The translations under genes and the position numbers were made by a program. A stretch of 43,190 nucleotides of DNA from Thraustotheca clavata (lineage: Eukaryota), in contig JNBS01000019.1 in assembly GCA_002081575.1 (NCBI GenBank), forward strand, positions 1 to 43,190. The letters are read 5' to 3'. Under the pieces are notes generated by a model. It did not search any database and was not told the origin of the DNA. It was given only the letters and a program-made list of their open reading frames with translations. Numbering within the stretch: the first letter of the stretch is position 1; each line of letters starts with the position of its first letter. This document shows positions 22,506 through 33,800 of the stretch, piece by piece.

Positions 22506-22664
22506 CCGTAAATAGTGTAATACTATACATCCTGAAATAGTGTTTCAATTTGAAAAGCTAAAATAGAGTTTAAACCATACTTACTGAAATAGTGTAAACG
22601 CTCAAAGTAGTGTGGTTACAGTTGGTGTAGTGAAATAGTGTTCGAATATTTACACTATTTAACG
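22506..22664. repeat. MITE-like/foldback segment with AAATAGTGT repeats
   Basis: 12 bp perfect inverted repeat TAAATAGTGTAA (22509-22520) / TTACACTATTTA (22650-22661). AAATAGTGT at 22510, 22535, 22587 and 22633, plus variants near 22561 and 22605. Confidence 0.65.
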
Positions 22665-22671
22665 TCTTGAT

Positions 22672-23469
22672 ATGAACAAAAGGAGTCGTCTAGCACTCCC
22701 GAAGAGCCCAGGAGGAAGACGTCCTAATGAAATACAGGAGCAGAAGCACGAGGTGTCCATTGCTACAAGAGAAGATGATAGCACTGTAAACACTATGGAT
22801 CATTCAAATTCTCAGGCAAAAAAGGCTACACTTCATTCAGAGCTTCAATTGTACCAGGAGGGTCTTGATGGAGAATGGCTACAACTTGCTTGGATGCGTC
22901 AAAGATGTGAGCCTCCAGAGCCCCAATCGTTTTCGTTAGAGCTACCAACAGTGACTTGTTCACTTGGTGACATTTTACCAAAATTAGGCAAAGATGCTAA
23001 CAACTCACCCAAGGTGAATTTCAATTTGGCTGTTGAACAAGTACCACGGGAAGATTTAATAAGTGCAATTAAAGCATGGATACAAGACAATCATGTGGAT
23101 GTAAATTGGGATGCATGTAAAGAAGGCTTGGGAGATGCAGATTGGGTTGGGATTCTTTCAATGCCTATGAAAATTGAACGCCTTGCTGAGCTCCTATATG
23201 CTTGCAAGAATGACGCATTAACACGACAACTGTGGCTAAATGAAAAGATGCTTCGTCTACTTTTACAATATGCTGGCGAAAGGAAAGAAACAATGATATT
23301 TTTTTGCCTGTTGGAAAGTTCATTTATCAGTCAAAAGCCACCAAAAGAAGTCCGAGCATTACTTCGAAAGCTTGAATTGCGTACTATTGGTACTGAAGAC
23401 AATGGAATCTATATTGAATCCGAACTTGTACGCTTGTACACAGAAAAGCGAGAGAAGTATAAATGTTAA
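22672..23469 (+). CDS. Intronless hypothetical protein (265 aa), possibly a truncated TE-associated gene
   Basis: Long ATG-started ORF with protein-like composition; no family confidently recognised. Broken short frames follow to ~23830. Confidence 0.55.
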   Translation: MNKRSRLALPKSPGGRRPNEIQEQKHEVSIATREDDSTVNTMDHSNSQAKKATLHSELQLYQEGLDGEWLQLAWMRQRCEPPEPQSFSLELPTVTCSLGDILPKLGKDANNSPKVNFNLAVEQVPREDLISAIKAWIQDNHVDVNWDACKEGLGDADWVGILSMPMKIERLAELLYACKNDALTRQLWLNEKMLRLLLQYAGERKETMIFFCLLESSFISQKPPKEVRALLRKLELRTIGTEDNGIYIESELVRLYTEKREKYKC

Positions 23470-24134
23470 CACAAAGTACTTGTCCAACCAACCAACTCGA
23501 GCACAAGATGCAAACATATGCATTGGTTATTATATTCAAACCTATTTTATAAGGACAGAGGCCATTGGCATTCGTTTTCTATGCAGAAATTTGCTCAGTC
23601 AACAAAAACTAAATGTGACACTGCTTTCTGCATGGGTTATCGTTGTCTCACATCACATACATGGAAAAACAAATGTGATGTGGTAAAGATAATATTGTGT
23701 TGATGCAACAATGCACGGTTAAGCACACTGGTTGTGAAACCAAATCGAATCGTGATGCTGTTGAATCAACAAAGTTATGGCATTATTTTCTCTCCAACGA
23801 TAATACGCAACACAAAAGATCATCTTCATTAGATTCAATACCAATGCAACACTAGCTAAACAAAATTCACCAATATTTAGTTATCATCTTCAAATAAAAA
23901 AATAGTTGAATAAAGCTTTTATCAAGGTAAAAAAGACGCATTACATTCATGGAGATTACATGATCCATCAAGAACAATACATTTCTCAATGAACATCGTT
24001 TGCTTCTTTGATTTCACCAAAAGTAAACTAACTCATCACTCGGGACAATTTGATATTTCACTAAAATAGTGTGAACAGCGACATTTCTGATTCCATGTCA
24101 AAGTTATAAAGTGCACATTTTACTAAAGTGAGCA

Positions 24135-25388
24135 ATGGACGCATTCCTCCAAGAGATTTTACCGATCGATGAGCTACAAATTGACAAAGATATTGAATAT
24201 TATTTGAGAACTGAAGTACGTATGGACCCAGCTCCATTAAATGTTCCATCTCCACCATCTCCTGAAGCTTTAAGTGAAAATGAAGGTAAAGAATCAACAA
24301 GTCAAAAGTATCGACGCCGACAGAAAGAAGAATTGAAATATTTACAAGCACAAGTGGTTGAGCTTACAGAGCATTTGACATTACTACAAAGAGTTAATGC
24401 TCTTGAGGCACAAGGAGGTTCGGAATGGGAACGAATGGCACGTGCACAAAAACTTAATTCGCAAAGAGCTATTGCAGAAAATAGTCGATTAAAGCGTGCA
24501 TTGGAAGAACAACTTAAAATTGCTCAAGCATTGGATCAAATACTTATTAAAAGACCAAGATTAGCTGTAAGTGTTGCAAATACTATCAAGTTAAACTATG
24601 ACTAGACTTTTCCTTCAGTTGATTTAGATGATTGGAAATTGAGAAAACTATGCTGTGATTTTGAAAGAAGAAAGAGAACTTTTCAATCTTTGGTTGATGA
24701 TGCCTATGAACAAGTTGATACGATGTTATTACGGGCAGGACTTATGGAAGCTACACAAGATACTCGACATTTAAACGTGACTGTCAATTCAAAAGGCGAC
24801 TCTATTGTTTTGGAAGCGAATAGCTTGAGATATCGTGATTGCAATTTTATTTCCAATGGTATGAAATGCTGGGCTGCCTGGAATCGCCAAGATGGTATTG
24901 TGCTTCCAAACAATGCGACTTTAGAGGTAATAAAATTGCTAAATCCATTAAGTTACATCAACTAGGTTCTGGAACAATTGGATGAAAATTCGGTGTATTT
25001 GCGAATTACATCATATCTTGACAAGATGACTCCATTCATACAAACACTTGGTGCAGTCAAACGATATATTGAGACGAATCGTGTTGTTTTTGTATTGCAA
25101 ACAGTTCTCGAAGATGAAATAAATCCTCATCAACTTGGGTTTTATATTGGCAACATGACAGCTACGTATGTACAATCTTACTATGATCATACTCATTATA
25201 GTGATAGGGTGATTATAGTTCCACAAGGTCCATATCGTTCAATGCGTCGATTATGTATGTCGGGTCAGCTACCACTCGAACCACCTAAACAAAATGCCCT
25301 TCGTGCAAGTCCTCGAAGTTTAATTTGCGATGTATTTCTCAATCATCTTCGCACAACATTTGATGCATTGGAACACTTGATGGGTTAA
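24135..25388 (+). CDS. Oomycete M96 mating-specific-like protein (bZIP-like coil plus START-like domain); 4 exons
   Basis: KYRRRQKEELKYLQAQVVELTEHL...WERMARAQK...AIAENSRLKRALEEQLKIAQAL and KRYIETNRVVFV..TVLED are typical of the family. Introns near 24567-24605, 24928-24966 and 25167-25208. Confidence 0.82.
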
Positions 25389-25860
25389 TTCCATCACTTA
25401 TCGTAGAATCATGTATTTTGAAATGAGTCAATTATGTAATCAATGTTTTCCAATGTAAAGGTTATCCATGTCAATCAAATAATTGATAAATTTCATCATC
25501 ATTGTTAGACAGTGCACTATTACAGTAAAGTATATCAGGGGTAGGTTGGTTTGATATATATCAAGAGACAAGTAGGCTGCAAAATATGAAATTCTTGCGA
25601 TAACAAAGCAACCATTACTTAGGTTGATAACATAAAGCAACGTTGGATATCTATCAATCGTATGATTAAACTTTACGAAGACAAGAAGAGCCAAAGCAAC
25701 GCATAAATACAATTTAAACAGAAAGTACAAAAAGTCAGATCTACGGTATTTATACTACATATCTATTGGCCAATATGAAATTATTCTAACCAATAATAAG
25801 GCTCGAGTAAGTAATTATTTGACCAATCATTATCAAATCAACTGAGTTGTTTCATCTGTC

Positions 25861-26451
25861 ATGGGCGGCGGTGGTCTTCGAATCCTAAAGCACAAGAAAT
25901 GGCACGTGTGGACACGAGAAAACATTGAAAAAGTACGTCGTGATGAGCGCCTACATGAGGAATCAACTCGACGTGAATTTCGTGAAAAAAGAAAGCGAGA
26001 TCTAGATGCACGAGTGGAAATGTTGAAACCTGCTGGACATGTTGAACTCTTTCCTGCAGAACCAGCACAACAAGAAAGTAAAATTCAAGCTCCAGAAGGT
26101 ATTGCACTTGGTGGTGTATTAAACCCAGCATATCGACATAAACGTGCCAAACCATCCGAACCTTGGTACATGCATAAAGCAAACAAAGACGATAATAGTG
26201 AAATCAAACGTGATGCTGGTGAAGATCCATTAGATTTAATTGTATCACGCCCAAAATCACTCCAGACAACACCTCCTGATGAAGATGATAAACTTGATTT
26301 TGCTGGAGATACTATAGTCACAACTAGAACTGAACGAATGAAGAAGAAAAAGTCAAAGCAAAAAGCTTCAAATCGGATGGAAGAATTACGAAAAGAGCGT
26401 GAAGAGCGAGAAGCTGCTGAAAGAAAACGTGCTAACAATTTACTTCGCTAA
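25861..26451 (+). CDS. Cir_N-domain protein, LENG1-like (splicing-associated)
   Basis: N-terminal LRILKHKKWHVWTRENIEKVRRDE, plus GHVELF, PWY, EDPL and EELRKEREEREAAER.RA..LL motifs. Confidence 0.82.
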   Translation: MGGGGLRILKHKKWHVWTRENIEKVRRDERLHEESTRREFREKRKRDLDARVEMLKPAGHVELFPAEPAQQESKIQAPEGIALGGVLNPAYRHKRAKPSEPWYMHKANKDDNSEIKRDAGEDPLDLIVSRPKSLQTTPPDEDDKLDFAGDTIVTTRTERMKKKKSKQKASNRMEELRKEREEREAAERKRANNLLR

Positions 26452-27261
26452 TGTCATCATCTTATTCTATACTTAGAAACCTGATCAAGAAATCTACAAC
26501 TTTTAACACAACATATAATCATCATAAACTCCCATCTTTAGTTGAATATATTTAACACAATTCCCATAAGCACAATGCATTAGCATAACTTGCCAACAAG
26601 ATTTGTCGCGAAGTCTCTAGTTACTATTTGCTGAACGACTATATCTGAAGCCTTATTGCTGCTCTTTATGTTAATTGACTAGAAACAGATAAATATCTTC
26701 CTTTTATAGGGACTCAAAATAGTTACTTATTTTTACTTTATCAAATTGAAAATTATTACTATTCTTACTTTAATCATATTTGGTGATGCTATGACACATT
26801 TTAGTACAACAAAGACTAGAAGGATATACTGGAAACCTGCCAAAATTGCAGATTGCTTGTCTGTAGCTGGTTGTACCTCTCCACTCACAAAATTATGAAT
26901 GGATATCTTAAATGATTGCAATCCTTTTGAATTGGGATTTCTTTATCATCAATTAAAAATTAACTAGTTGATTTCAATTGACGATATTGATATAACATGC
27001 CACTGACAAAAAGATAGTGTGAAGTATAGGTTAACTTGGTAAAATTTATGTCAAGTACTACTAATTATACATGCCAGTCTTGGTACATTAATACTTTAAA
27101 ACATTTGAGTAACCATCATATTCGGGTTGAAATCTTATGATGATATTCTTGATTTTAAATATTCATGTCCTCAGTGAATTCAACTTGCATATGTCATTAA
27201 AAGCATCTTATGATTGCAATGTGAAAAGCTTTTTCTTCTTCTCACTTATCAAATTCACCTA

Positions 27262-27465
27262 ATGTTCAAACCGCGGTTCATCGCACTTGCATTGCTCTTG
27301 ACAATGACGCATGTGGTGATACTCCTTGTAATGAAGGGCGTGGATATACCTGTGTGGTCTGCAGCTTTGAATCAAGATAAAGATGCAGTTGGACCTAACT
27401 GTGTTTTGATGAAAGATGACGGAAACTTTGTTTTATACGACTCTAAATGTACAGCAACACCTTAG
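27262..27465 (+). pseudogene. Truncated secreted bulb-type (B-) lectin fragment
   Basis: Signal-peptide-like MFKPRFIALALLLTMTHV followed by IPVWSA...CVLMKDDGNFVLYDSKCTA, matching the B-lectin QxDGNFVLY/PxW repeat. Only ~67 aa, stopping where the next W is expected. Confidence 0.55.
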
Positions 27466-27598
27466 TACACAAAATTCAATTAATGCTTTCCACCTGTTGG
27501 TTTTCAGTATCTTGTATTGTTAGCCTGTAGGATATATCACTTTGAGTAACCTATCGGAATGTTGATCCTTGAAGTAACTAAAAAATTGGCAGTTGGCG

Positions 27599-29023
27599 AT
27601 GGAGGGAAAGCGGACGAAGACAAACGAAGAAGGGGGAAGTATGTTGCCAGAACTCATTGATTTAGTTGCAGAATGCATTGACGAACCTAATGCTCTCTTT
27701 CGTTTGCTTCGAGCATTGCCCTCGTGGCAACGTAGTCCCCTTTTCCAAGCCTTAGTCGAATTGGCTCAGCAACATTCTCTCACGTCATTGTGGCCGGTGC
27801 TTTATTTACCTGAAAGAAACTCCGCCAAGTCAATGGATACGTTTGGAAAGGCTATGTCAAGACATCCTTTAGTGTATATTGCAGTGGACGAATTGGCAGT
27901 ATGGCTTGATCAATTGGTTTCTTCATGTCGATTATGTACTTGTGTTGCAAAGAATGATTTAGATATGTTACCATCGATTGTTAAACCATTGTTGGTACAA
28001 TTAGAATTGGAATTAGATACATCAGATTCGATTGTATGCCTTGGAGAGTTTGTTGCTTCATTACCAGCACTTCAAACACTTCGGCTTGAATTTATTTGGA
28101 CAAGTTTACATACAAATCCAGCAATGGAACAACTTTACCAATGTACTAAACACTTGCATTTGGATTATGCTGGATTTTCTTTTCAAAATGGCTCTGAATT
28201 ACCCATTGAAAGTGCTAAAGCCATTGCACGATACATACGTGCTCAACAAGTCACTGCTATAAATTTACATGGCGTTGAAATAAACTCTTCCTCTGCTGCT
28301 CTTCTTAGCCAAGCAATATCCGAGTCCAAATCCATTACTTCATTAGCTCTTACACAATCAAGGACATTAGTGAAAGCTCTTATAGCTCCACCATCTGCTT
28401 CCAACTGGCGTTGCTTAGAAATGCACAAACATACATCATCATGTCGTACGCCACCTAAAGATCTTCCATTGGAATGTGCATTAAATACAATGAAAAGTTT
28501 ATCTCTTAATGATGTTTCTTGGTTTTATATTGAAGATGCATGGTGTCGATTGCCATTTTTGCCATATTTAACTGAATTGAATCTTTGGATTGATCAAGGA
28601 TGTTTAAACGAAAGCGAATTTGCTCTATTTATCAATACACTTTCTCAACTACGTTTAGAACGCTTGATACTCCACGCAAGTCAACTCTTAACAAATTATT
28701 GTGGGCGAGAAGATACTTTTATATCCAATCTTTCGCATCAACATCAACTTCGAGTGCTTTCCATGCATTTTATCATGTTAACCAACACTGGAATCTCTCA
28801 ATTAATTGCTTCATTACCACAATTTCCTCATCTATCAGCTTTGGATTTGCGCTACAACAATTATGATGATGGTTCACTACCATCTTTACAAAAACTCGTC
28901 CAAAATTTACAATTTCAACACATTTATCTAAATGACAATCTATCGCTTCCAAAAAAAAAAATATTACAAGATTTCGCTGCTTTAAATGTTGATCTTGTCT
29001 TGGAATTTGATTCTGAATGCTAA
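27599..29023 (+). CDS. F-box-like N-terminus plus RNI-type LRR protein (expanded oomycete family)
   Basis: LPELIDLVAECIDEPNALFRLLRALP...LWPVLYL, then LRRs (LTELNLW, LRVLSMHFIMLTNTG, LSALDLRYNNYDD). Intact ~474 aa ORF, same family as the two pseudogenes at 2.1-5.1 kb. Confidence 0.85.
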   Translation: MEGKRTKTNEEGGSMLPELIDLVAECIDEPNALFRLLRALPSWQRSPLFQALVELAQQHSLTSLWPVLYLPERNSAKSMDTFGKAMSRHPLVYIAVDELAVWLDQLVSSCRLCTCVAKNDLDMLPSIVKPLLVQLELELDTSDSIVCLGEFVASLPALQTLRLEFIWTSLHTNPAMEQLYQCTKHLHLDYAGFSFQNGSELPIESAKAIARYIRAQQVTAINLHGVEINSSSAALLSQAISESKSITSLALTQSRTLVKALIAPPSASNWRCLEMHKHTSSCRTPPKDLPLECALNTMKSLSLNDVSWFYIEDAWCRLPFLPYLTELNLWIDQGCLNESEFALFINTLSQLRLERLILHASQLLTNYCGREDTFISNLSHQHQLRVLSMHFIMLTNTGISQLIASLPQFPHLSALDLRYNNYDDGSLPSLQKLVQNLQFQHIYLNDNLSLPKKKILQDFAALNVDLVLEFDSEC

Positions 29024-29216
29024 TTAAATTTTCTATCTTGATACAATTACCTTGCATGCTATATTCCGGATAGCAAATGTTTTTCCGAACTAGACTGAGT
29101 TAGCCTGCAAGATACATCCCGGATAAGAATATTATCCGGATTTTTAGAAGGTACTCGAATGTGTATACATTCTTTCATATATTTTTTGATGTATGAAAAT
29201 GTATGGCAAAGATCTG

Positions 29217-29232
29217 TCATTTTGAATTTTGC
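29217..29232 (+). promoter_or_regulatory. Oomycete Inr+FPR core promoter candidate
   Basis: TCATTTTGAATTTTGC fits Inr YCAYTYY followed by FPR MWTTTNC, ending 5 bp before the ATG at 29238. Confidence 0.5.
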
Positions 29233-29237
29233 GGTAA

Positions 29238-30736
29238 ATGAGCAACGTGGTGCAATTGACCCCTGACGGCGGTGTGAAGAAGGAAATCCTCAAGGAAGGA
29301 GCTGGTGAATTTGCTCCTGCTGGTTACGAGATTCGAGGTGCGTTGTGTATGCATCTTTGCATTTTCACGTTGATCGGTGGAGGCTAAGTTGATTTTTTGT
29401 AGCTCATTATACTGGTACATTGTTGGACGGCTCAAAATTTGATTCTTCGCGCGATCGTGGTCAAGTATTTACATTCGTTCTTGGCAAAGGCAATGTTATT
29501 AAAGCTTGGGACTTGGCTTTTGCTAGTATGAAGATTGGTGAACGTGCTATGTTGACGTGTGCCCCTGAATATGCTTATGGAGCTAGTGGTAGTCCACCAA
29601 AAATTCCTCCAAATGCTACACTTCAATTTGATATTGAATTGCTTGGATTTGCACCAAAGAAGAAAGAAATGTGGGAAATGTCAGTTGTTGAAAAACTTGC
29701 TGAAGCTGAAGCAATTAAACAAGAAGGCACTACTGCATTTAAATCAGGAGCATTTAATGAAGCTCATGAAAAGTATTTGGAAGGTGCCAAGTATTGCGAA
29801 GAAGATTTTGAAGCTACAGATGAACAAAAAGAACAAATGAAAGAAGCTCAAACCGTGTTGTATTTGAACGCTGCTATGTCGAGCCTCAAGACAAAAAATT
29901 ACACTGCAGCCGCATCTGCAGCATCAAAAGCTTTGAAGAATGACAAGCAAAATGTCAAAGCTCTTTTCCGCCATGGTGTAGCTTTGATGTATTTAAATGA
30001 TTTGGATCGTGCCAAGGAAGATTTAATGGCCGCTGCCAAGTTAGATCCACAAAATCGTGATATTCGTCGTGAAATTGTTGTGCTTAAGCAAAAGATGGAA
30101 GAAAACAAGAAGGCTCAAAAGAGTGTCTTTGGTGGACTCTTTGGCAAGGTTTCCATGTACGATGACAAGGCTGAACTCCAGAAGGAAGTTTCCATTGAAG
30201 AAGTTTCGAGTGCAAGCAATCCAAAGACGTTCTTTGACATTACAATCGGTGGAGCTCCTGCTGGACGAATTACTATGGAACTTTTCTCTAATATTGTGCC
30301 AAAGACTGCTGAAAACTTTCGTGCACTCTGTACTGGTGAAAAGGGTAATGCTTCCACAGGTCAACCGCTTCATTACAAAGGCTGCTCGTTCCACCGTGTT
30401 ATCAAGAATTTTATGCTTCAAGGTGGCGACTTTACTCGCCACAATGGCACGGGTGGTGAATCGATTTATGGCGAAAAGTTTGCCGATGAAAACTTTGTTT
30501 TGAAACACTCTGACCCAGGGCTTTTGTCTATGGCTAATGCTGGCCCTGGTACAAATGGCTCGCAGTTCTTCATTACCACGGTCACAACACCTCATTTGGA
30601 TGGTAAACATGTTGTGTTTGGCCGTGTAATTGAAGGCATGGATATTGTCAAGAAGATTGAAGCACTAGAGACTGACAAGGGCGATCAACCAGTGTCACCT
30701 GTAATCATTGCTGACTGTGGCGTTCTCCCTCCGTAA
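29238..30736 (+). CDS. Dual-family immunophilin FCBP: FKBP + TPR + cyclophilin
   Basis: Exon 1 [21 protein letters not shown], intron 29338-29402, then [19 protein letters not shown]...[26 protein letters not shown] (FKBP), three TPRs (KALFRHG), and [16 protein letters not shown]...[19 protein letters not shown] (cyclophilin). Confidence 0.95.
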
Positions 30737-30812
30737 GATTCTGTCTACTTAACATAATTTTGAACTTTGTTTTGAGTTCTATTTTGTTTAGATAGCAAAG
30801 CAAGTACAAAGA

Positions 30813-33800
30813 TTAACTATTAGTTGTTTGATCTAGCAAAACCTTGGCCGTCACAGGCTCAACTGGTGCTGGGGCTTTATTTGCAGTCAAACGACGCTTT
30901 CCTTTAACATCTTCATCAACTGCATCAAAATCGTCAGCATAATCATTTTCTTGATCCTCGTCAATTTCAGAAGCAATCGATTTGGCTGCAATAAGCTTTT
31001 TAACTTGAGGTTCTGTCAAGTCTTCAATGGATGCTTGTCTACTTTCTAGCTCCTTTGGTTTAGCTGGTGGCTTTGGTTGAATTGGAGGTGTGGGTTGAGT
31101 TACAAATGTAGGCACTGGTTTCGACTCCTCAATCAGTTTACTTGGTGGATTCCTGTGCTTTGTCATCCATTGTGTTAGCTGCTGCATGATATCGTTCTGA
31201 TTGTCATCAGTGTACTCTACTCAATTTATTAGAGTTGTGCATTTTTGAGTTTATACCTTTGCCAAAAGCAAGGTTATAAAGCGTGTGAAGCTCATTACGA
31301 TTTGGCGTACTCGTTGATGGCCTTGATGGAGATTCTAATAGTTCATTATGATGATCATTTAGTTTTTCTTGTAGGTACCACTGGATGAAAGTCGAAGTAA
31401 GCTTTGATACTTTTCTAATTGTTCTTGTAACTCGGCTAATTCATCTTCTTTACTGTTCATTCGATCCGTGACCCAAACTAGTACAAATGACGACTATACA
31501 ACACAAAATTGCCTACCATAGCCATCTCGAATACGCTCAATTTCTTGGTCTTTTTCAGTGTTTTCAAAGAAGAGAATTTCTTCTTTTTGTCGAGCCGAGT
31601 CTCTTTCTTCAGTCACAACTTGGAGCTGTAGTGTAAGTTCTTCTTCTTGTTCCTCTAGAGCTTTCTTTTCTTTTTGTAGAATTTCAATACAACTTGTCGT
31701 CTCAACTAATTTCAATTCAAGTTGTTTGAGTTTTTCTTCTGCTGCAGCATATTTTGTCTCGAGTCGATCATTATCTGCTTTTAGCCTCACTTGTGTAGTT
31801 TGTACAGCAAAATATCTCTTTTCAGCTTCACTAGCTTCATCTTGTAATCTCTTGATTTCTTCATTGGCATTATCACTCATACGCTTTTTCGTTGTTTCCC
31901 TAATCCAGATGAGCTCTATCCATTTTGATAGCTAATATACAATTCCGATTGTAGAGTTGACACTGTGGCTACAGCTTTTTGTAATTGACTATCTAATTCT
32001 GAACGCTGGTTTATAGCTTCTTGATAAAGAGTTTGGGTTGATGTTTGTTGTTTTTGTAGCTCTTCAATTTGAGATTTAAACGTAGCCTCAATTGACTCGA
32101 GTTGACGATCTTTGGATGTACAATCAAGCTTTAATTCTTTGAGTTGATGCATGATATTATCTTTTTCAGATTGAGACTCTGCAAGTGCTTTATCTGATCG
32201 CTGAACATGGCGTTTGCATTCATCGAGTTGAATTGTTACTGATTGTAATTCTGCTGATAAACTTGCCATACGTGAATCTGTAGCTCCTTCTAATGCACAT
32301 TTGGAAGTGAGTTGAGCTCGTAAATTTTCACCAAGTTTTTCCAACTCTTCTTTGGACTAGACAACTTTCAATATGTGTAAGATTATAATGCTAAATACCT
32401 GAATCATAGATGTTAATTGAGCTTCAAGTTGAGCATGTTGTTGTTTCCATGAAGCATTTTGTCTTGTAAGTTCTGATGCTTGGGATGTTAATGCATCAAT
32501 ATTCGTTTTAGCTTTTTTAAGTTGATCATCTGTAGCTTTAACTTGAGCAGTGACTGACTCAACTTGTGCATTGCTTGCTTGTAAACGTGTATCTGTCTCA
32601 AGTTTATCTGCTTTCCACTTTTCAATCAATTTATTTGCACTTTCGAGCTCTGCCTTAAGAGCTAAAGTTTGTGCTTTCCATGAATCAATCTATTGAAATA
32701 GATAACTTTGAGCCATCTATACTTAATACCTCTTGTACAAGATTGTTAAGAGCAGTTTGTTTTTCACGTTGACTATCTTTTGCTTGTTTCCACTTAGCTT
32801 TAGCTTCATCAAGCACGAGTTCACCAGCTGAAAACAATTTTGTTAAGAGCCCAAGATAGTCGAGTATTTCAGCTTGTACATCTTCTAATATAGAGTCTGT
32901 TTGGCCTGTAGCATAACCAGTGACTTCAAGACGTAAAGCAGGAGCTAATTGATATTTGGTTGGTATCAATTTGATATGTCTTGCAATTGACATTGATGGT
33001 AACTTTGTTATTACAATGGAGTTGACATCAGTGTTACCCTGAAAAGTATTTGATAATGGTGTCCATGTTTCTCCATCAAGACTTAATTCAATTTGATATT
33101 CTGTAATCCAAGCATCCTGTTGAGCTTGTGGTGAAGTTGTAGTCAATGGTACTTCAGATGTATCGGGTAAAGTATCAGCTAGAAATCGCACTGCACCAAG
33201 GCAAAACAGTTCAAGTAAAATCATAGTTTGTTCTGGTTCTTTGCCAGCAAGAATATTTGCATCAGTAGCTTTAACTTGGACGATTCCTTGAAAACTACAT
33301 TGTAATTAGCTTTATGGGTCTATTTACTTTACCTTGTCTGAACTAGTTGAATCACTTTGATTAAATATTCGGATTTGTCTTTCTTCTCTGGCATTTGAGC
33401 ATAGTCTTTTTCTTTGTCAGTAAAAAGAGTTTGACCATAGCCTGTGTTGGCTATGACAAGTGTAATTACATCATGAAGAAATCGCACTGGTGGTCGACTA
33501 AATAGTTTTACTGGTACTTGATTTGACTTGAGCAATTTAAACCATGACATGACATTTCTATTCAAACATTAGCTTGAAAATGTATGAATAAACATACTTG
33601 GCAATGTCATAGGTTTGATTGTGATCTCCAGTGACCATTTCAGGTTTGAATTGTTCAGCAACTTTTTTCATTTGAGGCTTTGTTAAATCAAGAGGTGCTT
33701 CCTCGGCTACGATACCACCAACAATACCACCTTGTGTAGAAAGAGAGTCAATACACCGAGGTTTTTCTAAATCAATTTTGATCCATGAAGAACCTTCATC

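Noticed and set aside
22502..23722. piggyBac-like ends TTAACCGT ... ACGGTTAA
   Set aside because: The match is only 8 bp and does not extend into a TIR; likely chance.
25440..25730. Hydrophobic 96 aa minus-strand ORF
   Set aside because: No ATG start, no motif, AT-rich intergenic composition; at most a decayed fragment.
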